DNA from: Harriotta raleighana
Taxonomy: Eukaryota
Length of the DNA: 55,984 nt
Direction of reading: 5' to 3'
Assembly (NCBI GenBank): GCA_050575255.1
Contig: JBNZDD010013635.1
Location: 2,767,670 to 2,823,653, forward strand
The notes beneath the pieces are model-generated. The model searched no databases. It saw nothing but the letters and a program-made list of their open reading frames with translations, and was not told where the DNA came from. Below, piece after piece: positions 10,240 through 22,350 of the stretch. Position numbers and translations under genes: made by a program. Position 1 is the stretch's first letter. Every line of letters starts with the position of its first letter.

Positions 10240-10570
10240 TAGATTGAGTCTTACCTCACATCTAATTCATGTTGTACATCATCTGAGAGTGCTCTATGTA
10301 CAAGTAATGAAGAGGAATCTTAAACTACATCTAATCTAATCTGGCACTACACGGAGCCCAGTGCAGAGGGAGCTTCACACTCGGTAATTAATCAACGTAC
10401 TATCTAACCTGCTGCTTCTCAGTGGGCCAGTATGTAGGGATTTTATTGTGCAGCCGATTGTGTTATATTTGGCTTCTGATTTTTGATGGGACCGTGTACA
10501 AAGGAGTTTTATCCTGTATTTAACCTGTGCTACACCTGAACTGGGACTGCTCAGCAGTCAGGGTGGAGAG
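10240..10570 (+). repeat. Degenerate ~65-bp tandem array downstream of the FARP2 stop
   Basis: Recurring gtg(c/t)a-a-ggag-tt-a / atctaa(c)c / tg(c/t)tgtac / gatggg units. Confidence 0.5.
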
Positions 10571-11734
10571 AGCATGGCTAGAGAGCATTTTATGAAAATG
10601 TTTCATGCAGGCAACGCTGATAATTGTGAAACTTTTGAATACAACTTTTAAGAACTTACAGAGAACCCACTTCTAATTTAAAGCTTTAAAAATTTGCCAA
10701 ATTCAATTTGCTCTAAAATGCTCTGTGAATAGAGAAAATCTGGATTCAGTTGGAATGGGGCAAGTGAAAAAGGAGCACTCTATACTGGATATGTACAGCT
10801 TGTTTCACATGTTGTACTTGATTGTCTGTATGGAGGGATTGGATAGTCTCTTCCGTGCTCCATGTGGCCTGTGGAATCCCAGGATAAAACTAATGAAAGA
10901 AACAAAATGGGAAAAGTAAATGTGAAAAGAAGGAGAGAGGTGGGAAGAAACGGATAATGGAGAAAGTGAAGCGGAATTGTATCAAGAATGAGTCAGATCC
11001 TGACTACAGCGGGTCTCGATGGAGTGGGAATGGTGTTGGTGGTGTTTGATGCGTATTGTTGTTTAATGGAATCAGGCAAGTGTAGGGAGTTTTAGCTATG
11101 GTTGGTAAGATGATCTTGTTATTTTAGTATTATTTTAGACAAACACCCAAGGATTTTTTAAAAAAAAGTGACTTTGCTGCTCAATATACATATACATCCT
11201 GACACATAAGAGTGCGTAGAAAAGAACAAAATCAATTATTCAATTGTGTTATATTTGGCTTCTGATTTTTGATGGGACCGTGTGCAAAGGAGTAAATAGA
11301 ATAAATAGACTGTGACATTGCTTACCATAGTTTTCACTCTTGATGATTGGAGAAAAGGATAGACAATGAAAAGAGGGGTCTGGATGATACAGTGTATTAG
11401 GACGCAGCCGTTTCACCTCTGGGATCCAACTTTGAATTCTGTGCAAGATGATGGGATGCTCTGTGTTTGTGAGTATCCTTTGGGTGATCTCAGTTTCCAG
11501 TCAGTGTGAGAGAATGGCACAAAACTGTCCAAAATTTGATAGCAGTTTATTTTAGAAAGTAATGAACGCAAGCAATTGAAAATGGAGATGTTGTACTGGT
11601 GAGGTTGAGGTTAAATGCGACAGAATAGGAACCAAGTATGGACTCTTAAAAGGGATCTGTTATTAACATAGACTGGAGATACATACATCAGGAGCCTTAC
11701 TATGGCAGGCATGGAGGTTTTAATAAGAATGTTA

Positions 11735-12080
11735 ATATTAATAATCCTTACATTTGGTACAGCGCTTTTCATGTTGGCAGGACGTCTCAAGATGCTTCAT
11801 AGTTACTCACTGTAAAGTGAGGTGACAGTATGTTCAGCACCTTGGGACGTCCTCCTGACGTGAAAGACGCTATACAAGTGTAATTTTGTTGTTGTTGTTT
11901 TGTGGGCGCACACTGCAGCCAATGGCATACAGAAATGTCCCACAAACAGCCGTGAGGTGAATAATGCATTTTATTTGGAGGATTATTGGCCAGGACACTC
12001 CCTACTTGTTTCGAATAGTGCCACGGGATCTTTAACGTCCACCTGATCAAGTAAACGCAACCTTGGTTCAATGTCTCATA
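11735..12080 (-). mobile_element. Old DeuSINE (SacSINE1-like) interrupted by a + strand L2 3' tail (~11831-11899)
   Basis: ttggccaggacac, gccacgggatctttaacgtccacct and ggttcaatgtctcat Deu motifs. Insert ends gggacgtcctcctgacgtgaaagacgctata..(ttg)n. Confidence 0.75.
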
Positions 12081-12134
12081 TAAACCTTAATGGAAAAATT
12101 ATTGTGTGGACCTGGGCAGAAATTAAAATCAGCA

Positions 12135-12360
12135 AATAATAATAATAATCCTTGCATTTGATATAGTGCTTTTCACATCTTCTAGACATCTCAAAGTCCT
12201 TCACAGAATATACTGTAAAGTGAGTTGACTGTACATGTGGGTGAAAGGCGGCAGCCAATTGCACACAGAAGTGTCCCACAAACAGTTGTGGACTGAAATG
12301 ACCAATTTTTTTTGTTAGGAATTATTATTAGGCATGTGGAGTAAGGAAATTTGTCCAAAG
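12135..12360 (-). mobile_element. 5'-truncated tRNA-derived SINE
   Basis: (taa)n tail, core and gtaaggaaatttgtccaa. Head absent. Confidence 0.88.
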
Positions 12361-15300
12361 TATGTTTGAATGCCTGTTAGGGGAAAAATATTGAATATGT
12401 ATGGATACTCACATCCTAAATGACTGAGCTGATCGATATTTCTAGATGTAACTAGTTTCCCAGCTTGCCTATCTCTGAAAATAATTTTATTTCTACCTAC
12501 AGAAACTATTACTAATGAAGTTTCAAACAGTCATAACAGTTGTTAAGCGCTTAATGTGGTTATTTTTAATTATAGCAATTTCAACATTTAATAAAATATA
12601 AATTACCTCAAGCCTCTCTATACAAAATCACCATCACCAATACTGTGAATAGTAGTGATTATTGAATTATATCAAAATTTTGTTTGATTTCACAGAACCA
12701 GTGGCTGGCAACCTAAATGGAGGATTTAAATAGAATAGCTTAACACGTAAATATCCAAGATAAAACTAGCATTGTATGCGAAATGGAAAAAATATATCCC
12801 ACAGAATATTCAGTTGTACATTTCTCCTGGAACTATTTCTCTATTACAAAATATAGGCTAGGTCAAGGTTGTGCAGGCCTCAAGTCGACATGACTAAATC
12901 GTTCAGAAAGTAAAGTTTATGAACACTAAACATACTTTGTGTGTTTTCAATTATTTGTCCACATGTCTTATTGGTTAATGTTCTACATAATTATACAGAA
13001 AATATTGCAAAACTAATTCTAAAAATGTAATAGAACATTTTTCACTAATTACTTTTGAATAAACTTAAATATTCCAGCCTTGCAGCAAACGGAGAATGCA
13101 ATTTGAAAAACCAGATTCAACAGAAATTCTTTATTGGATTCAAATATGTCAACCAGTGTTTCAGGTAGGAAAAAAATGATAAGAGTCCTTAATTAAGCAT
13201 CATAGTTTTTTCCTTATCCCTTCAAAAGTTGGGGGAAAAAAGTTTGTCCAGCATTTCTCTTCCACTCAAACTCAACTTTCAGTAACTATGGGGAAAAGTG
13301 CAACAACTGTTAAATGTCTCTACTTGGTATAGTCCCCTCCTGTTAGTATCTGCTCATTCTAAATGGTTAGTGGTTTCCATTCAGGATGTCAACCTCAGCT
13401 AGATATATTGCACATAAGCAAGCGTTAAGGTAAGATATTGTATGGTGCCCCAACTGCTAGAGCCGTGAGCACTTGTATTACTCATTGCTGCCAAATTCCC
13501 CACATTACTGAAAAAAACACAGAAGTTGCTGGGGAAACTCAGCAAGTCAGGCAGCATCCATGGAGAAAGGAAAGTGAAGAGCAGACCTTCTTCAAGTTAG
13601 GCAGGAAAGGTGGCAGCGATTCAAGCATAATATCCCTACTTTACTTTAATAGTTTGTTCCATTGTATTCATTTCCCTGGCTGTGACACTGCCTCTCTCTG
13701 TGGTAAGAGGCATTCCTGAGGAACAATGTTGAACAGAAATTAATATTTTCTAATGTTCAGAAGTTGAGTGTGGGTCAGTTAAACGAAAATAAGCATCTGC
13801 ACTGGTGACAGTTTGACCCCCCACCCGGTTGCTTAATATACAAATGCACCTTCCCAAGGTGTTGTTCTCTATAGTTTGCCACCCCTGTAATTTTACTCTT
13901 GATGTCCCTGAACAAGTGTCTGAGATGCCAAAATAATGTTCCAGACTGATGGTTAAATGAAACATTAATAAATGATTATTAATGATTTGCCCAGAACATC
14001 GATTGCAGTGAAGTGCACTCCATTTCGTGCCAAAGTATCCAAAATCCGCCCCACAATTTCACAAAACGTTTGAAAATTTGAGGAAATCAAATTGGGTATG
14101 GATTGGTGTTTTCTTTACTGCTACAAGATTTAGTTTCAAAGTCTGTCGGTCTTTTCACTCTTAACAGCTGAGTATTGTAAATATTAGGGAGGGCTTTAGC
14201 AAAGTGTTGGAGCAGATGCTGACTCCCATCGTTAGTTGACTGTTTCAGAGACAATCCCACATTATTTCCTGCAACTTACCCCACAAAGCAAAAGTGTGGC
14301 AAGAACTTAAATCCATTGACACAATACTTTTTTACATCTTCTCCAAGAAAAGCAGCCCAACTCAACTAGATTAATAATTTTAATTGAAAATGAACTACTG
14401 AGTTTGCGTAGGTTTGTATAGAGTGTGGTAATGTGGTCCCACACTACCTGGCAATAATCATGTACAGGTAATAGTTCTGGCACAGTTTTTTGAGCAATTG
14501 TTTCATTGTGTTGCTTGGGATTGAAACTGATTATGATTATGATATCCTCCGAAGGAATGTTTGTGTATTTATTGTGTAGCACAATGTCTGATTAGGTTTG
14601 ACGACCTGTTTATTTTGCTCATAGATTTGGTGTAAACTGTCAAATTGGTATTTGCATGGATTAGTACAATTATGCAATTATGTATTAACAGTAAAGACAA
14701 TTATTTAAAGAGAAAGACAAAGTAAATGCCTTAATAAAAATCAGATTCAATGCAAAGTTGAATTTTTATGGGCTGAATTCTCTTTCTTCACTTCTCTTTC
14801 CTGGACAAAATTGCTCCTGTGAAGTTTGTTACTGCTGTGGTGGTCATCTATTTCCGTGAACTCCTTTATGTGAGGATAACATGTTGTAATTTTTCAGTGC
14901 GTTTCTCTTTCCAGTCACAATCTGTGCCCAAAAGGTCGAGCGTTAGACTTGAGTCCCAGTTCTCCTTTGAAATGAGTTGCCAAGAGTTTGGGAAAGTTTA
15001 ATGGAGAAATAATAGAGCTTCTGTGGTATACTCTAGGTCTTCTACCAGAAACTACTTTAACAAAATCTTGGTTCAAGATTTGGCTCTGTGGCCAAAATAA
15101 GTTAATGTGCAATAAGGTCAAACCAAAAAGTCGTCTTGCTAATATTGACAAATTGCAAATGTCTTTCTAAACTATTGATTTGGTAACTTTGAATTCAACT
15201 TTTAACTTGAACAGAATACAGCAGCTACAGCTTTGGGAGAGTACTACTATGAAGGGTATAGGGCAGAGGAATGTAGGGAGAAAGAAAAGGGGAGAGAAAG

Positions 15301-15719
15301 CAGTGATTCAGGGTGAAGATTGGACGTGCTGAAAAATTGGTTCTATGTTCAGAGTGTATAACCCTAGCATTTTTGGAACAGAAATAACTAGTCTATCCAG
15401 TACCTACTAGTTCCGATTTTGTTACTTAAAAGTAAAACCGCAAACTGTTTTATGCAAAGGCACCCTTCAAAGTGTGGTTTAGTGATTGTCAGTTCAGTTT
15501 GGCCCTCTTTTCACAAATAGCATTAATAATTTAGGGGAAAATCTTTTGCGGTTAATCAGGCATTATTGTTTTGAAAGGAGTCTGTGCAGCATGGGCAGGC
15601 ATGTGCTGGAGATCTTGATTATTAACTGTAACACTCGATTACTGCTTGCTGGGGTTACAGGTACAGCATTGCACCTTAGAGAGGAATCTGAATTTCCAAT
15701 TTAGAATGGTTATTGGAAC

Positions 15720-15995
15720 GGAGTCCTGTAGCTCAGTGGTTAGAGCACTCGTCTTGCAAGTGTGAGACCTGTGTTCGATTCCAGGCAGGTTGAAACCTTG
15801 GGCAAGTTTCCTTACTCCACACGCCCAATAATAATCCTTAAAAAAACAATAAATAGGTTACTTCAATCCATGACTGTTTGTGGGACACTGTGTAAATGGC
15901 TGTCACAGTTTCTCCCACAAATATAAAGTCAAGATACTTTACAGTATATTCTGTGAAGCGCTTGGGACATCTGGAAGACGTGAAAATCTGCATCA
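15720..15995 (+). mobile_element. tRNA-derived SINE, near full length
   Basis: ggagtcctgtagctcagtggttagagc ... gttcgattcc head, core and partial tail. Confidence 0.9.
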
Positions 15996-16955
15996 CAAAC
16001 AAGTTGTTCAGTTTGTGTTTTCCTTCTGAAGCGAAGGCTCCAGAAAACCGTGGAGTCTGCATTCCTGGCTCCTCATCAATGGTCAGCCAGGCCTCCCACA
16101 GCTTTGTAATGCCCTTTTTACATGTGACCCATTTCCCCCCCTGGCTACACACAGTTAAATTTCCTTATTGCCCAAGGGAATGTGCTGTTAAACCGTTAGC
16201 CTGGCTGTGCAGTACTTTCATTAGCGTTGAGATTTGCATTGGTTTCTGGGCTTTGTGCCAGCTCTGCTCGTGCATCAGACTGTTGGTTTTTCTGCCTCAC
16301 TGGAAGGAAGAGGATCCAAATAAGGTGTGGAGGGCAGGTAGGTGGCTTGAGTTAGGAGCTTTACTTTACTGAATATCACAATAAATTGAAGCTACCACTG
16401 ATCATAAGCCAAATAAGCATCCCCCAAAAACACTTGTTTTGAAATTTAAAGACAGATTAAATCTTTGTTGTCTTTTTTTCCCTGTTCAATCATCCCCATA
16501 TATATCAGGCCGACTATTACTGTTTGGTTGAAAAATGCACAGCAGTGTCTGGATTGGGAGAGCTATTGTACTTTTACCTGTGTGGAAGAATAACAATATT
16601 ATGTTTATATAGCGCCCTTCATGTCGGGAGGACATTCAAGATGAGCACACACTACGTTCCTGCCTGTCATTGACAGACAGACAGGCACATCATCTGGAAC
16701 ATTAAACTCAGATTCAACAATTGTCATACCAGCAGCCATTTGCATTGCTTGTATCCAATTCACCCTGTTATTTTTTTGCTATCTCATGCGGGAAGACAAC
16801 AACAAATAATACTGCCCAGCTCGCAGGCTGCAGAATTTGCTAGTGAACCTCGCCTCTTCTTCTGCTACTTGACTCCCCTATAGATTTTTGCCTCATAAAA
16901 AAGATTTGCTTCATGTACATTTTCTTTCCTCACAGAAGCACGACACAACACAGTA

Positions 16956-17392
16956 CAGTTAACCCTCGTCGAAGGCGACTTTATCGATTGCGAATTCAAG
17001 TATACGCCACAAACCAAAAGCAGCGCGCAAAAAACTTGTGTATATGCGCTGGCTGGCCCCCATGTGCATGTGCATGTGTGAGTTCGCCGACAGCCGCCAA
17101 GAAAATCCGATGATTCCTCGGCTGGCTGGTCCCACACGCATGCGCACTTTTGACGAGGCCGGCAGATCCTGACTAAAGCCGATGATTCCTGGGTAAGGTT
17201 TAGATAACTGTTCAGCCTGATGTATTGCAAGGTAAATAGGAGACAGAGCGAGAGACAGTCTACTACAGAGCCCGAGTGGCTCCTCCACCCCTCCAAATGC
17301 CCCCGGCCCCTGAGCAGCTCCCCTTCCCCCACCTCTCCCCCCGCACGACACCAGCCACCGAGCGGCTCCTCCCCACCAGGCCCCTGAGCGAC

Positions 17393-17427
<35 letters not shown>

Positions 17428-17638
17428 NGGCCCCCGAGCGGCCCCCCCCCCCCCCCCAGCCCCCGAGCAGCTTCCCGTCCGCCCCCGAGCAGCTGTCTGC
17501 GACTTGAGGTGGGCAGCCTGGGACTGGATTCCCCTAATTCCCCCCTTTTTCCATTACTTCTTAAGCTTCTGCATCACTATTTCGTTGAGTGCGCAGTTTT
17601 CCAGGAACATAACCCCCGCGATCGACGAGGGTTAACTG
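16956..17638. mobile_element. Tigger/pogo-like MITE, family 2 (683 bp) with C-rich internal repeats
   Basis: Perfect 17-bp TIR cagttaaccctcgtcga (16956-72) / tcgacgagggttaactg (17622-38). TA on the left, CA on the right. Confidence 0.85.
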
Positions 17639-18123
17639 CACAGTGCTACAAAAATAGCTAACTGGTCTGACCACTAGAGTGCCAAGGATAGCAGAGGCAA
17701 GTAAAGGCAGCAGCTTGCGTGTCTGGGATTATTAAAAGGCACCAGAGAAGGTGGGTGAATATTTATCTACATTAACATTGAGGATCTTTGATTTCGGCCG
17801 ATCATTCGCTAGATTCCAAATCACATTTAAATTTCCATCTGTATTTGGTTGCTATATCTGGGCTTGCGCTCCAGCTTTCCAAGTAAAGATTTAGTGTTTA
17901 AATTTAGACTGGTTGAAGCCTAGGGCCTAGAAGCAATATGTAATGCTTGTATTTAAACCATATTTTACCAGGCAGTGGAGGGGCAATGCATTAATTTTAA
18001 AAATCAGCCAATCTTTCATTCCTTTTATTCCATGTGCACAACATTGTCAATAGATGACAACAATTCCTTTGCAAAAGATATTGTATCTGATATCAAAACC
18101 AGTTGATTTGTTTAATTTGTTTT

Positions 18124-18176
18124 TCCCTCCCCCCCCCCCCCCCCCACCCCCCCCCCCCCCCCCNCCCCCCCCCCCC
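18124..18176 (+). repeat. Poly-C tract (G-quadruplex-prone on the - strand; contains an N)
   Basis: About 50 nt of nearly pure C. Confidence 0.9.
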
Positions 18177-18282
18177 AATGGGAGTAAATACTTTTACGTT
18201 GAGCAATTGTTTTTAAGGCAATTTTAATGCAAATTCTAACATTGTTTCTGTGGAGAAATAATGCACACAGATTTCTGCATCC

Positions 18283-18775
18283 AATAACAACAACAACAAC
18301 AAAATTACACTTGTAAAATGCCTTTCACGTCAGGAGGACGTCCCAAGGCGTTGGACAGTTATTGTTTCAGACCCAAGCTGGAGTCGGGGTCGGGGATGGG
18401 GATGGTGGAGGTAAAGGGGGGATTTGGGGTGACACATGGGACCATTGAAGAGGAGAGTCATGAGGTGGGACTTGAAGGAGGCCAGGGAGGAGGGCGAGTG
18501 GAGGGACTCTGGAATGAAGTTCCCAAGGTTGGAGGCAGAGTGGCTGAAAGATCGCCTGTCAATTGTGGGGCAGGAGACATGGAGCAGGCTGGAGCCTGCT
18601 GATCGGAGGGGGCAGGCAGGTTGGTAAGGGGTTAGGAGGTTGCAAAGGTAGGGAGGGGGGAGGCTGTCAAGTGCTTTGAATGTGAGAACCAGCATCTTGA
18701 ATTGGATCCTCTGGGTGATGGGGAGCCAATGGAGTCAGGCGAGAATGGGGGAAATGGGGTCACGGAGTTTGGAGC
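18283..18775 (-). mobile_element. L2 LINE 3' fragment
   Basis: (caa)n tail. ORF 18330..18695 LVLTFKALDSLPPPYL...LRSA...SLASFKSHL is the L2 ORF2 C-terminus. Confidence 0.9.
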
Positions 18776-19859
18776 AGTAGCAAACATGGACATCAGGTTT
18801 CAGGTCTGCGAATTATTGTGAAAGAGTGACACTTGACATGACACATGGACAGTGGGATGGTGATGACAGGTGGGATGTTTAGTGTTCAGACTGGGATGGT
18901 ATTTAGGAAGCCAAGATGTGTTAAGATTAAGACAGGATGGTGTAGAATGGTGAGGAAATGTAGGATCTGTGGTTAAGGGAAATGTTTTTTTCTTGCAAGC
19001 GGTCTGAGCTAATATCCTTATACTTTAAGCATCCAAAACATGCGTACATGCTAACTGAACATGGACCAACTAACTGACATATCCTGGGTGATGGACTGAA
19101 GTGAAGCGTGTCAGTTGATTGGTGGGTATTACACCGGGTCATCTGACAAGAGTCAGATACGATGAGCAAACTAAGAATTCTGATTGACAAATCTTAGATT
19201 GCATGTGAATAAAAGCAATTATTTACATGGTACACACTGTGAGTCCAAGAATCCCTGTCCAATGGATCTCTCTGCAACCACAGGAACTAATGTCAGAGCT
19301 TACAAACATAATCCCGGTTTTGTGAACAGGCAGATGGTTTATTTAGTATACGCACGGATTTGCATTGACATGAATTCTGTTGGTTATTCACATGAAAGCC
19401 ATTTAAAGCCATTGATGTTTCAGAAATCCGGAGTAGACGACACAATAGAGAGAAATCTCACTGCTATTCCCTTCTCTCCTATGTTAACATCCGACTCGCG
19501 GTGAGGTGATGCCTTCTTGGAACTCTTGGCAGAGCTAATGAAGCAACAGTGAAAACAAACTAAGTCTTGTAAAGATTGGGTCGCGGGAGGTAGGTGAGTA
19601 GAAGTTTTATCTGATACTTGTGTCTATATCAAAAGTCCATATTGTGTCTAGGTCTACCTATAAGGGTTTTATGTAGATTGTAGACTATTCTGGGCAAACT
19701 ATTGGCCACAGGATTTTCCAATGTTTCCTTGAGGAACCACGCTTCTTTTTTTTGCTGCCCGCATTTCAAATGTCTTCTAAATGTTTTTAAAACCACTGCT
19801 CCCTCCCTTCCAAACAAACGAAGAGACAAAGGCAATGTTCTTGACAAAGTTGCATCCGT

Positions 19860-20217
19860 GGAGCTCCTGTGGCTCAGTGGTTAGAGCACTCGCCTTACAT
19901 GCCTTACAAGCATGAGGCCTGTGTTCGAATCCAGGCAGATCAGGGCGAAACCTTGGGCAAGTTTCCTTACTCCACATGCCTAATAATAATCCCTCCAAAA
20001 CAAAAAAAAAAAAAAAAAAAAACTACAATAATAAAATTGGTCATTTCAATCCACGACTGTTTGTGGGACGCTGCTGTGTGCAATTGGCTGCCGCGTTTCG
20101 CCCACAAATATACAGTCAATTCACTTTACAGTATACTCTGTGAAGCGCTTTGGGACGTTGATAAGATGTGAAAAGCGCTATATCAAATGCAAGGATTATT
20201 ATTATTATTATTATTAT
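19860..20217 (+). mobile_element. Full-length young tRNA-derived SINE, followed by a partial copy at ~20245-20391
   Basis: Complete head, core and (tta)n tail. Internal gccttaca duplication. Confidence 0.92.
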
Positions 20218-20555
20218 CCCCCAACCCCATATAATTTCGACACTCAATTCACGACTGCTTGTGGACACTGTCCCATTTCACCCACTAAAAAATGTATTCA
20301 ATTCACTTTACAGTATACTCTATGAAGCTCTTTGAGACATCTTGAAGATGTGATAAGGCACTATATCAAATGCAGGGATTATGATTATTAATTTATCCCA
20401 AATACCTTGGAGGTGGTGCTCCTCCAACAAAGGTTAACAAACCTAGGTAGTGATTGCTGCTCCAGTGCAAAATTTCTCAAACTTTCTTATTAAGTTATCC
20501 TTTTTATCTTTATCCTTCGCAGCAACCCTTCAAAGCAAGTTCTCCATCGTGAGCC

Positions 20556-20975
20556 ATGAAGAGGCTACCTTACAAGGGCTACCTCTTCGCTCTCCTTCTC
20601 GTAACCTGCATTGTGCTTTATTTGCAAAGTACATTCATCCACTGTTTCCTACAAAGATGCTATTTGAAAGATAAATACGACGTGGATTTTGATTACTCAA
20701 GTTTAATCACAAAGCCCGGGATCATGTTTGTGGAGACTACAAATGAGATGGAGCCGTTACCGCTGGCTGCATGTGGCGTGGAATCGGCTGCTCGGGAAAA
20801 TCCAGATAAACCTGTTTATTACTTTATGAAGGGATTCAGCGGGAATTTATCACAATATCTATACCCGCAGTATGTCGCCACCCCCATTCTTTCGTCAATC
20901 AAGAACGTTGTATTGGTACCCCTAAGGCTCAAGGCATTGTTTCAAAACACCCCTTTGAGTTCCTGGTATCAACAG
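20556..20975 (+). CDS. A4GNT: Alpha-1,4-N-acetylglucosaminyltransferase (GT32), coding exon 1 (140 codons)
   Basis: gagccATG after an acceptor at 20522. Type II TM segment YLFALLLVTCIVLYL. Motifs GIMFVET, CGVESAA, TPLSSWYQQ, then gtaata donor at the intron position recalled for A4GNT. Confidence 0.9.
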
Positions 20976-21679
20976 GTAATAGTCACAGAGTTCAGAACCT
21001 TAATATCAAATGGCTCCTTCGGCTGGAAATGTATATATAGTAATAACTTTTAACACAATTTATGTACGTGTTAACATTGATTTTGTTGTCAGTAACTACG
21101 TCATCATTCTCTGGGACTCCTTTCCTTTACCCTTCCAACTTGTCATCTCTCTTATCTGTCTGTAAATACTCCCAAAAACCTACCACTTTGACTGTTTCTC
21201 TACTCTGTTCCTCGGATTTATTTCTGTTTTTGTGAAGCAGAGACGTTGTCCTATTTGAAGGGCACTGTAAAATATACCACAAAATATGCAGTCAAATCTC
21301 TTTGCAGTATATTCTGTGGTGCTTTGAGATGTCTCGAAGACATGATAAGGCATAATGATTGTTATTTGTCATTATTATTTAAAAGCAAGTTGTTGATATC
21401 TTTGTTTTAGACTCACCGGGTGGATGTATATATATCCTTAATGAAGCAAATCCCAAGAACTCACAATAATAACCGTGTGCAGTTGGAAACTTTCCTGAGT
21501 TTTGAGGGTTTTTAAACTAGCATTTTTGTTATTCCCTTTTCTTGCCCATCAAACCTCCCCGACACCTCTGTTCCTGAAGATGTTGCACCATGGTGTCTAG
21601 TTAAAAAACAGCATTGGGTCCTTGCTTAAAATAAATATATAATTTTATATAGTGATAGAATGACTCCAAAGGGTCTATA

Positions 21680-21847
21680 TTCCTGGTCAACCATCCTTCA
21701 GATGAAATTGGTCATTCACTTCAAGGCTGTTTTGTAGGGCATTGCTCTGTGCAAATTGGCTGCTGTGATGGCTTACAAAATACACAGTCAATCTATTTTA
21801 CTACAAATCCTGTGAAATGCTTTGAGATGTCCTCCCAGCGTAAAAGA
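21680..21847 (+). mobile_element. Old DeuSINE 3' half, split from its tail (~22265-22310) by a CR1 insertion
   Basis: tcctggtcaa..gtgcaaattggctgctg..tgtgaaatgctttgagatgtcc. Tail atgcgagaattattattatt resumes after the CR1. Confidence 0.65.
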
Positions 21848-22265
21848 TAAGAACATAAGAATTAGGAGCAGGAGTACGTCTTTCGGCCCCTCGAGCCTGC
21901 CCCGCCATTCAATAAGATCATGGCTGATCTTCTGACCTAACTCTAATTACCTGCCCTATCCCCATATCCCCTAATCCCTCTATTTTTCAAAAATCTATCA
22001 GTCTCAGCCTTGAAAATGTTCAAGAACTGAGTATCCACAGCCTTCTACCTTCTGAGTGAAGAAATATTTCCTTAACTCTGTTCTAAAGGGCTGACCCTTA
22101 ATTTTAAGATGGTGACACCTGGTTATAGATTCTCCTACCAGGAGAAACAGTCCCTCAGTGTCTACTTTATCCAGCCCTTTAAGAATCGTATATGATCTTC
22201 AATAAGATCCTCCCTAATTCTTTTGTACTCTAGAGAATACAGCCCTAGTTTATTCAACCTATCAT
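21848..22265 (-). mobile_element. CR1 LINE 3' fragment in the A4GNT intron
   Basis: taagaacataagaattaggagcagg..cattcaataagatcatggctgatct tail. Same family as 48395-48540. Confidence 0.88.
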
Positions 22266-22350
22266 GCTAGATGCGAGAATTATTATTATTAATTAGGATT
22301 ATTATTTTATTGGTAAATAATATTGCTTTGTTCTGTCCATTACAATGCAG

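Noticed and set aside
11300-13063. Definite FARP2 poly(A) site (AATAAA at 11300, 12590, 13058)
   Set aside because: Several candidates in AT-rich DNA. Cannot choose without 3'-end data.
14915-14934. 20-nt microexon after tttctctttccag
   Set aside because: Weak donor (gtcgag), not a multiple of 3, and outside any known gene.
16865-17635. Pro-rich and Gly-rich ORFs
   Set aside because: By-products of C runs inside the MITE.
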